Assembly (NCBI RefSeq): GCF_037042905.1
Contig: NC_087245.1
Span: 13,828,001 to 13,892,000 of the forward strand
Length of the DNA stretch: 64,000 nt
Source of the DNA: Lytechinus pictus
Taxonomy: Eukaryota
Direction of reading: 5' to 3'
Program-made: the position numbers and the translations under genes
Part shown: positions 1-12,760 of the stretch, in pieces
Numbering within the stretch: position 1 is the stretch's first letter
Layout: each line of letters opens with the position of its first letter
The notes under the pieces: generated by a model
What the model saw: the letters and a program-made list of their open reading frames with translations, nothing else
Database searches by the model: none
What the model was told of the DNA's origin: nothing

Positions 1-100
1 GTAGAAACGTCCTCTCACTTATTGACCGAGTTCTGTGTAAATTTTTTGACCTCTTCTGCGTAAAGCAGTACATATAACTCAAGATCTCTTTTCTTTTCAG

Positions 101-254
101 TGGGTCAGCAATGAATGTTGCCTTTGGACCAGAGGAGCTCAAACGCTTCTTAGAGGAAGCTACAAAGGTATCCCAAGAACACCCTGTTGTCATCACTAAG
201 TTCATAGAGGGCGCTAGAGAGGTAGAAATGGATGCTGTGGCCAGGAACGGAAAG
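101..254 (+). CDS. CPS1: CPS1/CPS III-type carbamoyl-phosphate synthetase, internal exon (gene starts upstream of the window)
   Basis: ttttcag acceptor, gtgagt donor; [51 protein letters not shown] matches the second ATP-grasp domain of CPS1. Confidence 0.95.
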
Positions 255-542
255 GTGAGTGATAAACATTTATCAAAATCTCTTAAATATTTGTGCCCAT
301 TCCAGTTTTAGTTTGCCAGTATATGGCTTGTCTTTTCAAGTCTCAGTGCAATTTTATAATGAACTGATGTATCATATTTAAACTTCAGAAACATTATTCT
401 TTTGAATTGTCAAATCCACTGCATTATTTTTTGGTCAAATTTTTTCATGTGCACATCACTAATATAACCTTGCATTGTGTGAGGTATGAGACAATGAGAT
501 TGCAGATTTGGTAATGTTTAAAATTCTGTGTACTTTTTACAG

Positions 543-650
543 GTTGTTGCTCATGCAGTGACAGAGCATGTGGAGAACGCAGGGGTACATTCGGGAGATG
601 CTACTCTCATCTTACCCCCTCACACACTAACGGATGAACAACAGAGGAAG
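543..650 (+). CDS. CPS1: CPS1/CPS III exon
   Basis: AG/GT bounded, phase 0; [36 protein letters not shown] (EHxExAGVHSGD motif). Confidence 0.95.
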
Positions 651-699
651 GTGAATAGAATTTGAAATATGGTGATGAAAGCACTCTGGTTGAATGAAT

Positions 700-766
700 G
701 AAAGTCGTGGTAATGATGATTAAGATAATTATGATGATGATGATGATGGCAATCATAATGATGATA

Positions 767-814
<48 letters not shown>

Positions 815-1130
815 GTAATGGTAATGATGATGATAATGATTGTAATGGTAGTTATGATGATAATGGTGGTAATGATGATGATAATAACGATGACAAAGTG
901 ATGATGATGATGATGTTGATGATGGCAATCATAATTATGATGATGGTAATGGTAATGATGATGATAATAATTGTAATGGTAATCATGATAATGATGGTGA
1001 TGATGATGATGATTATAATGATGACAAAGTGATGATGATGATGATGGTGGTGGTGATGGTGATGATGATGAGGATGATGATGATGGAAAAGACAACATTG
1101 GAGGTTTATAAAGAGGATGATGATGGTGAT
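700..1130. repeat. (ATG/GAT)n-type compound microsatellite
   Basis: Long gatgat/aatgat runs; source of the spurious His/Ile/Met ORFs. Confidence 0.95.
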
Positions 1131-1265
1131 GTTTGAAATTTAAAAATTTACCATTGCATGCATGGTTGCCGTTCCTTTTTCACTCTCATGACATATTTCT
1201 TAAGGATTTTGTTTAAAAGGTTATGAAGAAATTGAATAGTATTATGTATACTTTACATTATTCAG

Positions 1266-1355
1266 GTGAGAGAAATGACGGCCAAGATTGCTCAGCGTTT
1301 CCAGATCTCTGGACCATTCAACATTCAGTTCTTAGCCAAGGACAATGAAGTCAAG
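1266..1355 (+). CDS. CPS1: CPS1/CPS III exon
   Basis: AG/GT bounded; VREMTAKIAQRFQISGPFNIQFLAKDNEVK. Confidence 0.95.
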
Positions 1356-2556
1356 GTTTGAAAAAAGAAATGTATTACTTCTTAATTTATGATATTGTAT
1401 GAAAATGACAATTATCCAATATATTCTCCAGGGATGGTACTTATTATTTTTTCTTCTATTTTTTGCTTCAGAATGATTTTTTTAAAATTTACATAAGGGC
1501 CCACAACACATGATTTTCCTTCTTCTTTTTTGTAAATATAAGTGGCAATTCCAGTATTTTTCACTCAAGCAAAAAGAAGGGAAACCTCTTCATTATATTT
1601 TATGTAAAAAATGTATTCATTTATAAAAAGAAATAATACATCATAACTTGATTTAGACTTTGCAAAGGTTTAAGGTTCTAATTTCCTTCACATACAAACA
1701 AATAAGTAGAATATGAAGTAGGTCAATATTTTGAACATATGAGACAGAATGATATACAAATATACCAGGCTTTAAGTAAGTACAGCAGGAATTATTTGCT
1801 CGAGGTTGGACTGATGTTACTATTTTTCCTGAGCCCAGAGGGAAATATAATTATTTTGCCAGTACAACCGAGGATGAATAATTCCCTCTATACTTTCAAA
1901 ATAAAGACCTGGTATAATTTGTTTTATATCCTACCTATCCTAATAAATTAGAAAAATAGAGCTTGATAATCTAGTTCTTGTAGGCCTACTCGTAGTTCAT
2001 CCTTTTTTAATTTGTACCAAAATCGAGGTAACATGCTGCATTGACTCACCTACTTTTCCTGAAGCCTACAGGCTTAGCGTAATGCGGATTAGTGCCTGCG
2101 CTGTCCCTTCATGGGACTTGCCTGGTGGAGACACCTCACTGACCGATGGTAGACCAATTATGGATTAGTGCACTATTCCATCATTGACGTCACAGAATAA
2201 CAAATTTTCTTCAGTGGGTGTTTCATTTCAACAGCATAGCTAAAATATGTTTGGTCACATGATGCTATTTCAACCAATCACTATAGAAGATTTAATTTAT
2301 ATATATATATTTAGATTTAATATATATATATATATATTTCTCTACATCTGTGTTTAAGGCAAATTTTTTGTCTTTCAATGTTCGTAATGTACCTTCGTCT
2401 TTACGTCTATATGTGTATTATGACGGAATAAACCCATTAATAGACTTCGCCCTTACGTAGGATGTATGCATATATGTATATATGTATATATTTATCAGCA
2501 AGCCAGATTTGATATTGACTAATAACCTGGGTGTTTTGTTGATTAACTCACTTTAG

Positions 2557-2727
2557 GTTATTGAGTGCAATCTGCGAGCTTCTCGTTCATTCCCTTTCGT
2601 CTCCAAGACAATCAACTGTGACTTCATCAATGTAGCAACCAAGATCATGGTGGGAGAACATATCGACCCTAGTCTCCTTCCAAGCCTTAAGAACCCATTT
2701 GTGCCACAGGGATATGTTGGCATCAAG
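2557..2727 (+). CDS. CPS1: CPS1/CPS III exon
   Basis: AG/GT bounded; [18 protein letters not shown]...PQGYVGIK. Confidence 0.95.
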
Positions 2728-3284
2728 GTAAATGAATCATATATCAAAATTTTAATGAATCAGAATGAAACTCCAAATTTTACATTTTTATTGAGTAGTG
2801 TAAACAATTTTCTTTAAGTTAAAGCACCAAAACTAAGAAAACCTGTATAGTAATGACAATGAAAATGATTTCATGTCTTTGACGATACGTCAAGGGTGAC
2901 AGCAAATGATTAAAAATCGTTTTGACTGTTCATGTGTTTAAGCAAGTCATTAGGCAAGCAGAAATGAAATAGAAATAGCCAAATATCCAGACCCGAGCAA
3001 AATTTACAATGGGGCATTTAATATGAGGAGGGAAAGGGGTGTGTCACTTTATAGACCAATATTGACAGAGACTGCGCTTAAGTATTGCAGGCAACTGATA
3101 CCATTAAAAGATTTTTATGAAAGATGTCCAAATCATGTTTATGTATCAATGAATGAGTAACTCAATCAGTTCTTGAATGACTTTATGATTGATTGATTGA
3201 TAGGAAGAAAGAGGAGAAACTAGTATATCAAGCATGTGTAAGATGTGCAGATAATAAAGTGAATATATACTTAACTTACTTAAG

Positions 3285-3419
3285 GAATGATAATAATAAT
3301 AGTAATAATGATAATAATAATGATGATAATGATTATAATAATAATGATAATAATAATAATGATCGTAATAATAATAATGATAATAATAATAATGATCATG
3401 ATCATGATAATGATGATAT

Positions 3420-3453
<34 letters not shown>

Positions 3454-3470
3454 GATAATGATAATAATAA
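3285..3470. repeat. (AAT/GAT)n microsatellite
   Basis: Directly visible trinucleotide runs. Confidence 0.95.
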
Positions 3471-3729
3471 CACATGTGACTTATTATCAGGAAGTCAAAA
3501 GAAAGGTTTTAATGAGATATTAATGACGTCCAATCAATCAAGAGTAGTTCTGAACAGCCATGATTTGAGGCATTGCTCGTCGAAAGTATTTCCTGAAAAC
3601 GTTGTGATTATGGATTCCATAGCATGGGCCAAAGATAGACACCCCTCCCTCCCCTCCTCCACAGAGTTTTAGTTGTAAGGACTACAAGAAATGAATAAGG
3701 CAATGATTTACTGTGTTTCTATTCCTCAG

Positions 3730-3804
3730 GCTCCAATGTTCTCTTGGCCAAGATTACGTGATGCTGATCCTCTTCTTAGGTGTGAGATGGCCTCTACAGG
3801 AGAG
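3730..3804 (+). CDS. CPS1: CPS1/CPS III exon
   Basis: AG/GT bounded; [25 protein letters not shown]. Confidence 0.95.
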
Positions 3805-4232
3805 GTATGTCTTTGGGATCATTCGCATATGGTTTGAAAAGGGTCAACCACAAAGCTTGCAACATTTCAAAGTAAAAAGTCAATGGAATATTGGGTGTTA
3901 ATGGATTTTGCAGAGGCAAGAGCCTTTTTTGGGGGGTGGTTGCAATGTGATAATAAGCTGCACACCAATCAACTTGTATTAAGAAAAAAAAAATGTTAAG
4001 GCAAGATAATATGTCAAGATTTTCCCCAGGCAAAATCACGATTTTATTATGCCTCCACCAATTGAAGGGTTTTGGGATTTGTCTGTCCATTAGTTCCATT
4101 TTTGTTCTAATATCAAACTAACCAGATGAATCTCTTCAAGGAAAATGCGACTCTGGTTTGGAAACCAAGTGGAGGTGTTGCTCCCTCTTGTTTGATTTTA
4201 ATCAGCCTTGCACATCACTTTCTTTCACTCAG

Positions 4233-4391
4233 GTGGCTTGCTTTGGTCCCAATGTCCAGACAGCATTCCTAAAAGCCTTGCTCTCTACAGGATTCAAGGT
4301 GCCCAAGAAGAGTATCATGATCGGCATACAGAAGACCTTCCAATCTGAGTTCCTTCCTACCGCTATGAAGTTCCATCAGATGGGTTACGAG
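4233..4391 (+). CDS. CPS1: CPS1/CPS III exon
   Basis: AG/GT bounded; VACFGPNVQTAFLKALLSTGFKVPKKSIMIGIQ...MGYE, start of the MGS-like domain. Confidence 0.95.
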
Positions 4392-4983
4392 GTGGGTCAT
4401 CAAGCTACCACCAGGGCCCTGTGACCTAAAGCTTAGTGACTGATTGCAGGGCTGAGTTCTATGATTGGTTACATTGATTATTGTGTATGATTAATCGTAG
4501 AAATCAGCATCACGATCAATCACAAAGCTTTATGTCGAGTGGTCCAGCTCTTTTATCTCATTTCAAGTTTGGCCTTCTTCAAATGATTTACAGAACACAA
4601 ATGATATGATAACTAAACTTTCATCTTCCCCCAGTTTGTGTAACAATGATTTTGTCTGATTATTACCAGCTCATTTATCTAATATTAGTTAGACTATTTC
4701 CACTTTTCTGTAGTATTCCTTCTCATACTTTTAACACATGTCCCATTGTAATCATAATGAAGCATGCTGATTGTTTTAATCAATGTTGCATGAACAATCA
4801 TGTGTAATTTCCCAAGAGCACTATGTTCTATGTTTTATTTAAATGATGAATTACAGTGTTACCATAGTTTAGAATGTATTGACTCAATTGAAGACTTCAT
4901 AAGGGCAGGGCCCAATTGAGGACAGTAGTTCGACCATGATTTGTAAATCTGGAGATTCTAACTGATGTATCGTTTGCTTTCAG

Positions 4984-5099
4984 TTGTATGCCACAGAGGC
5001 AACGGCAGAATACTTGGAGGCCCACAACATTCCTACCACAACAGTTGGCTGGCCGCTTGTTGACCTACACGAGAAGAGTGATGCCACAAATGCAACTAA
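4984..5099 (+). CDS. CPS1: CPS1/CPS III exon
   Basis: cag acceptor, gtgagt donor (phase 2); LYATEATAEYLEAHNIPTTTVGWP... Confidence 0.93.
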
Positions 5100-5434
5100 G
5101 TGAGTCCATCAAATGCACTCTACCATGACACCCCACTCGTCAAAATAGTGCTGGAAAGCTTTAGGATGTCCGTTATTTTTTTTTTCAAATTTATGATGCA
5201 TTCATGGATCACTGATATTAAGTCATCACTTTGCCACATTCCTTTGGGGGGAGGGGGGAGGATAAGTGGGTAGGGGCTATTCTATTATTATTGTTGTTAT
5301 TTGTCTTTTTTGTGTAACCAACTTGTGCTTATGTGATTTGCAATCACTTGATAATTGTTTGTAAATTTTGTAATTTACTTTAATTTGTTATAATAAAAAA
5401 CAGAATAAAATATAAATGAATGAAAAAAAACTTT

Positions 5435-5590
5435 GTTATGCATTCATGAAAGTTTCAAAATTAGCAAGCATTTGTGGATGTTTCAAATTTATTATGCATT
5501 CATGAAAGTTCAAAATTAGCATGCATTTGTGATGTTTCAAATGTATTATGCATTCATGAAAGTTTCAAAATTAGCATTCATTTGTGAAAG
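5435..5590. repeat. Short tandem repeat, about 56-bp unit x3
   Basis: ttatgcattcatgaaagtttcaaaattagc recurs three times. Confidence 0.8.
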
Positions 5591-6008
5591 TTATAAGCCC
5601 TTGAACACAAAAGCGAAAGGCTCAGTGCTCATTTTTTGTTGATAAACAAAATATTGCTAAACTTTGAAATTTAACAACTTTGTAATATGTTATTAGATTT
5701 TGATGAAATTTTCAGCATTTTGCTTGATGAATTTTATTTAGATACAAGTATTTCTTGTCCAGAGTACTCCTTTTAAATCATAGTACAAAATAAATGATAA
5801 GATAGAAAAGTATTCAGTGACCACCTCTCTTAACTGAACACTTATCTATATACAGAGGCATATCTCATGTTTTACTTGAAAACATCCTATTCAATTATGA
5901 ACAAAAATATAATCTGGCTACAAACCACCTGTTTTTTCCTGTCATCCTTGAGAAGTCTTTTTAAACAGGTTTTGATGTATGTATTTCTTTCTTCCTTTTT
6001 GTATCAAG

Positions 6009-6138
6009 GTTGATATATGAGGGTGATATTGATCTGGTTATCAACCTGCCAAACCATAACACCAAGTATGTGAAAGATAACTTCCTCATACGACGAGCTG
6101 CAATCGACTCCGGAGTTCCTCTCTTCACCAATTTTGAG
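6009..6138 (+). CDS. CPS1: CPS1/CPS III exon
   Basis: Phase-compatible with the previous exon; [43 protein letters not shown]. Confidence 0.95.
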
Positions 6139-6599
6139 GTTAGTTTGGTGTGTCCTGTTGGATGAAAAATGGTTTCTGAATTGGAATGACGATACAAGAA
6201 GCGTTATGATCAGCATCATCTTCCCGGTGACATGGGTAACATTGATGATCATTCTAACCATGGCAATGGTTGTAATAGTGGTGTTGATGATGATGCTAAT
6301 GACAGCAATAGAAGTGGTGATAGTGATGATGATGCTAGTGAATAGAGCGGTTGCGGTAGGTGATTAGGATAATCACTGCACTGGCACTGATAGTGATGGT
6401 AGTGGGGGTGATGACGAGGACAATGATGATGACGATGATGGTGAACAATGATGATGTTAATTGTGATGATGATGGTTATTATGTTGATATTTATGAGCAC
6501 AATAGAGACTGCTCTTGAATTAAAATTTACTTTACTTTAATCATTAATCTAGAGGTTCAACTGACTATTGATTTTTAGGTTACCTTTATTTTTGTCTTC

Positions 6600-8433
6600 G
6601 AACATTCTGCTTGAGTTTCAGGTCACCTGGCCAAGGTCAAAGGTCATTTAGGGTCGATGAACGTAGACCATGTTGGGGGAATCAATATCAAAATCTTAAC
6701 CAAGGTTAAGTTTTTGAAATGTTGTCATAACCTAGAAAGTATATGGATCTAATTCATGAAACTTAGACATAAGGGTAATGGTGTATCACTGAAGATCCTG
6801 CCTGAGTTTCAGGTCACATGACCAAGGACAAAGGTCACTTAGGGTCAACAAACTTTGGCCATGTTGGGGGTATTTGTGGAATCGACGTAACTTACAAATT
6901 TTATGGATTTAGTTCATGAAACTTGGACATAAGAGCAATCAAGTGTCCCTGACCATCCTGTGCGAGATTCAGGTCACATTACCAAGGTCAAAGGTCATTT
7001 AGGGTCAACAAACTTTGCTAATGTTGGGTGTATTTGTGGAATTGTCATAACTTTTAAAGTTTATGGATCTAGTTAATGAAACTTGGACATAAGAGCAACC
7101 ATGTATCCCTGAATATTCTGCACGTGTTTCAGGTCACATGACCTAGATCAAAGGTCATTTAAGGTCAAAGAACTTTGGCCGTGTTGGGGGTATTTGTTGA
7201 ATTGGCATTATAACTTGTTAAGTTTATGTATCTAGTTCATGAAACATAGACATAAAGGTAATCAGGTATCAATGATTGTTTTGCACATGTTTTAGGTCGC
7301 ATGATCATGGTCAAAAGTAATTTGGGGTCAATATAGAATTTTACTCATATGAATGATTTGTTTTGTGAATAATTATTCAATAGCTGTTTTTGTCTCACCT
7401 GCATAGCAGAGTGAGACTATAGGCGCCGCTTTTCCGACGGCGGCGGCGACGGCGACGGCGGCGGCGGCGTCAACACCAAATCTTAACCTGAGGTTAAGTT
7501 TTTGAAATGACAGCATAACTTAGAAAGTATATGGACCTAGTTCATGAAACTTGGCCATAAGGTTAATCAAGTATTACTGAACATCCTGCCTGAGTTTCAT
7601 GTCACATGACCAAGGTCAAAGGTCATTTAGGGTCAATGAACTTAGACCATGTTGGGGGAATCAACATCAAAATCTTAACCTAAGGTTAAGTTTTTGAAAT
7701 GTCATCATAACTTAGAAAATATATGGACCTAGTTCATGAAACTTATACATAAGGTTAATCAAGTATCAATGAACATCCTGCTTGAGTTTCACATCACATG
7801 ACCAAGGTCAAAGGTCATTTAGGGTCAATGAACTTTGGCCGAATTGGGGGTATCTGTTGAATTACCATCATAACTTTGAAAGTTTATGGATCTGATTCAT
7901 GAAACTTGGACATAATAGTAATCAAGTATTACTGAACATCCTGTGCAAGTTTCTGGTCACATGATCAAGGTCAAAGGTCATTTAGGGTCAATGAACTTTG
8001 GCCAAATTGGGGTATTTGTTGAATTACAGCCATAAATTTGAAAGTGTGTTGGTCTAGTTCATAAAACTTGGACATAATAGTAATCAAGTATCACTGAACA
8101 TCCTGTGCAAGTTTCAGGTCACATGATCAAGGTCAAAGGTCATGTTAAGGTCAAAGAACTTTGGCCACGTTGGGGGTATTTGTTGAATTGCCATCATATC
8201 TCTATAAGTGTATTGGTCTAGTTCATAAAACGTGGAAATAAGAGTAACCAAGTTTCACTGAACATCTTGTGCGAGTTATAGTAGTTTTCAAAATCAGCAC
8301 TGCTGCTATATTGAATCGCGTGATGCAGGTGAGACGGCCAGAGGCATTCCACTTTTTTTTTAAGTCGGCACAGCTGCTATATCGAATCGCATAATGCAGG
8401 TGAGACTGCCAGAGGCATTTCAATTCCACTTGT
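6600..8433 (+). mobile_element. Older Helentron/DINE-like element (5' end lost), interrupted by a younger copy at 7387-8355
   Basis: Tandem ~160-190 bp units (ccaaggtcaaaggtcatttagggtcaa) from ~6600 to 7386; its 3' end (atgcaggtgagac...ccacttgtt) resumes at 8361-8433. Confidence 0.75.
7387..8355 (+). mobile_element. Helentron-associated (DINE/HINE-like) non-autonomous element with central tandem array
   Basis: 5' TTTTT, subterminal IR GTCTCACCTGCAT (7392-7404) paired with ATGCAGGTGAGAC (8323-8335), 5' hairpin GTCTCAC..GTGAGAC, (GGC/GAC)n microsatellite, four tandem units, T-run insertion site with no TSD. Confidence 0.8.
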
Positions 8434-8562
8434 TCCCATTTGTCATAGACAAAGGTCTGGGCTTAATTTATAAAGAAATGTCGACTCAATATTTTTCAAT
8501 CCAATGAAAAATGTGTGATACTTGTAATAAAGAACGGTCTTATTCCATTTTTGTCTTTTTAG

Positions 8563-8673
8563 GTGGTGAAGTTATTTGCTGAAGCTTTAGATCACGTTGG
8601 ACAGCTTGATGCCACATCACTCTTTCACTACAAGCGCCCTACAGGCAAGTCGGACAAGGTGATTACATCCTGA
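8563..8673 (+). CDS. CPS1: CPS1/CPS III terminal coding exon
   Basis: ttttag acceptor; VVKLFAEALDHVGQLDATSLFHYKRPTGKSDKVITS* with a CPS1-like SLFHY C-terminus. The stop after the MGS domain argues against CAD. Confidence 0.9.
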   Translation: MVKLFAEALDHVGQLDATSLFHYKRPTGKSDKVITS

Positions 8674-10795
8674 ATGTAAACTACCCTATTTATTATGACA
8701 GTCCCTGCTCAGATTTGAAAGTAATCTTATTTTCTACAATTCAAGTATTTATTTCAAAAATTCATTAAAAAGAACACAATGAGAACAAAATTGTATATAT
8801 ATATATTCTGCCTGAAGATCGCCGAAAGCGTGAAACCGACAAAATATCTATATATAAAAGATATGAAATTAATCAAGATATCATCAGCGTCACATTGATA
8901 GTTTAGATTTAAAGTATGATGTGCTCATCTGTTCAATCACAGTAATTCAATCAAGTTCTGGACTAAGTGCTAAAAACTTTTTACAGTGGAAATGTATTTC
9001 ACTTATTATACTGAAATGGCTGATGTGAAGCGTGCAATGAAGTTTTGTATGACCATTCCAGCCTACCTTTCTACTTATTATTACTTAAAATTAATTTACT
9101 CACCATTTTGTATTTGGTTAAATAAAATTTTTAAATGGGAGAAAAATATAAATGATTGATTGATGAAAATATATCATTATGTATTAAAGCAAGGTGGTTG
9201 TCATTTTCATAGCATTATTTTCTGATGTCTTTTGCTAAATAATATTCCATATTTTATCTTTTAAGAAATACATGAACTGTACTTTTTTTCTTAAAAGTGA
9301 ACAGTTCACCTGTGCATTACATGTAAAATCATTCATTAAGAATATTTGCAGTAACCATGAATCAAGTCATGTCATGAAATTTACAATATTTGTCATATGG
9401 TTTTGCAGCTCACAAGTTAAGGTCACAAAATAAGATTTGGGTTACTGTACATATCATTTTATGGACTTCCATCAAACTTTTATTCTATTATTTTTCTAAT
9501 TTTTGTTCTACTTTTGTTAAAACCAATTTTGACAAAAAGATGGACTTCCGTTTTAATAAGAAATTGGTATTAGATTAAGATTTGAAACTTGGTCAGGATA
9601 TGTTGCGGTTGAAATTAAAGGTGTGAAAATAATGTTTTCACTTGGGCAAAGGTAAATCTTACCAAATCTTAACTTGGCTGAATATAGGGAATATGCAAAT
9701 ACTATTAAATTTGTAAGACTTGAATTATATTGTTTTGGTACAAAATGAGAGCAATATTTAGATATGTTATTGTATGTGTCTGTCGGTGCATGCATGAATT
9801 TGAATGTATACTTCTGAAATATGTGAAACAGGCAAGGTGTGATATTTATTCATTATTTATAATTTTTATTTCCAGTGGGTAGCATTGCCATTTACAAAAT
9901 TGTTTTCCACAATGGCTGCATAACTTGTTTTTTGTTGTGGAAACATTAGGAGGGCTTATTTAAAAAAAATATATATATGTATATTTCTCATGTATATTGG
10001 CCATATCAATAGGCACACAATGAAATATTTAAAGTTAAATACTCAATATCAAATATTGAAGTTTTCATAGTTCTGACTCTCAAAATTCACTGATATAAAT
10101 AAAAAAATCACTGACAGATATCCATTTATAACATTTTGATGGCTGAATGATTCTTTTATGTAAATTCTTTTAAAGATATCGGCTGAACAGGGTTCAATAA
10201 ACTTTATGAATATTTGTTTAATAGTATATTTGTTCATGAATTTATTTATGTATATTTCCATAGGAAGTGCAATTAGTTTACATCACATATGCATCATAAA
10301 AAACAGAACCAATATTTACGAGACATACAATTCTAGCTGTCTATAAACAGGGGCCAAGTCCACGATTGATAACAGTTCTATTGAATAATTTTCTATCTGT
10401 GTACCAATCTTTTAAATGAAAATCTGCCTATTTAATGAGAAAAAATGCACGAAAAATATTCTTTCTAATTTCATCATTATAGGATTATTTATAGTATCTA
10501 GTAAAGAAATATATTTTCTCTAAAATTGACATTATACCTTAATTTTGCAATGAGTTTATCATGTGAAAGAAATTGATATTGTAAAATTATCTACCCTTGG
10601 TATGATTTCAAAAACTTGGGACATTGTTTTGTTGCGCCTGTTTGTGCTTTTTTGTCACCTGTGACCCATCATTATGGGGTTTTTTTCTTCATGTTCTGAG
10701 GAAAATTATTTATTTAGTTAGTGCGACTATTACAGTACTGACATTTGGAAATACTTTTGTATTTTGTTCTTGGAAAGCAAGGTTTTTTTTTAAAT

Positions 10796-12760
10796 GTTTG
10801 TTGGCAGTGTGCTCTTGTTGAGTGATAGGCTGATTGTATATAGTGACAATCTTATCTGCTTCTGCACTATTAACCTTCTGAAGAATGGTACTGAAGTATA
10901 TAAATATTTTGATAAGTGTTCAAAGTGTTCAATTGTCAAACAATACCAAAACAAGGAGAAAGGAAAGCCAAACATTTTAGCATTTTGTTTTTATGCTCCA
11001 CTGCATAAGCCAAGCATACATCTGTATGCTTTACTCAAGATATACAGTTGAGGCCAAAAGGTTATACACCCAGGAAAATCAAAGAAAAGTTGACACTTGC
11101 CAAACATCATAAAATTGACCGTATCTTATAAAATATTTGTGCTATCATGACTAATTTGATATCAAACAAATGAGTATATCATGCCCCTTCTTCAAATTAC
11201 TTTGTCATTAGGAGCTGAAAATATTTAGGTGTCAGTTCCCCCCCCCCCCCCAAAGAAGAAAAAAAAATCTTCATATTTTAGACAAATTTGAAGTAAAAAC
11301 TTGACAAAAACATTTCATATTTGTGCTAGTTACTTCTCAATACAAGCATTTCAGATTACAATTTTTTGTTCAGTGGTGACATATCATGATAGAAAATGTA
11401 ATATAAATCATAGATTTGACATTTATATATTTCTATGAAACAATGTTTGAAAATATAAAAACAAAGAATATAATACATGTGGCAAGAATATTACTTCTTT
11501 TTCTTCAAAGAAAGTTCCACCTGAAATATACTTTAACCCCAACGGCATCCCAATCATGTGAAAGAACTTAATATGCTCTTTCATTTGGTACCAAATTCTT
11601 CATGGTAATATCAATATTTCTGAAGATATAGTAATTTTTACGATGTTTGGCAAGCAAACAAATTTACTGAATTTAATTGGTGTAGTTGAGGCCAAAAGTT
11701 TATATACACACACACAGGAAAATCAAAGAAAAGTTGACACTTGCCAAAGATCATAAAATTTACTATATCTTTACTATACGTTTGTTGGCAGTGTGCTCTT
11801 GTTCAGTGATAGGCTGATTATATATAGTGACAATCTTATCTGCTTCTGCACTATTAACCTTCTGAAGAATGGTACTGAAGTATATAAATATTTTGATGTG
11901 AAAGTGTTCAAAGTGTTCAATTGTCAAACAATACCAAAACAAGGAAAAAGCAAAGCCAAACATTTTAGCATTTTGTTTTTATGCTCCACTGCATAAGCCA
12001 AGCATACATGTGTATGCTTTACTCAAGATATACAGTTGAGGCCAAAACTTTACATACACCCAGGAAAATCAAAGAAAAGTTGACACTTGCCAAACATCAT
12101 AAAATTGACCGTATCTTATAAAATATTTGTGCTATCATGACTAATTTGATATCAAACAAATGAGTATATCATGCCCCTTCTTCAAATTACTTTGTCATTA
12201 GGAGCTGAAAATATTTAGGTGTCAGTTCCCCCCCCCCCAAAGAAGAAAAACAAATCTTCATATTTTAGACAAATTTGAAGTAAAAACTTGACAAAAACAT
12301 TTCATATTTGTGCTAGTTACTTCTCAATACTAGCATTTCAGATTACAATTTTTTGTTCAGTGGTGACATATCATGATAGAAAATGTAATATAAATCATAG
12401 ATTTGACATTTATATATTTCTATGAAACAATGTTTGAAAATATAAAAACAAAGAATATAATACATGTGGCAAGAATATTACTTTTTTTTCTTCAAAGAAA
12501 GTTCCACCTGAAATATACTTTCACCCCAACGGCATCCCAATCATGTGAAAGAACTTAATATGCTCTTTCATTTGGTACCAAATTCTTCATGGTAATATCA
12601 ATATTTCTGAAGATATAATAATTTTTACGATGTTTGGCAAGCAAACAAATTTACTGAATTTAATTGGTGTAGTTGAGGCCAAAAGTTTATATACACACAC
12701 ACAGGAAAATCAAAGAAAAGTTGACACTTGCCAAACATCATAAAATTTACTATATCTTAT
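10796..12760. repeat. Near-identical tandem duplication, about 985-bp unit
   Basis: gtttgttggcagtgtgctcttgtt starts at 10796 and 11780; the two copies align throughout. Confidence 0.9.

Noticed and set aside
607..1098. His/Ile/Met-rich ORFs (also at 3146-3672 and 6134-6500)
   Set aside because: Translations of intronic trinucleotide microsatellites.
6600..8300. Regularly spaced conserved motifs resembling a CRISPR array
   Set aside because: The intervening sequences are homologous to each other (tandem units), the context is eukaryotic, and there are no cas genes.
101..8673. CAD (CPS II-DHO-ATC)
   Set aside because: The stop follows the MGS domain with a CPS1-like C-terminus, and no dihydroorotase exons were seen downstream.
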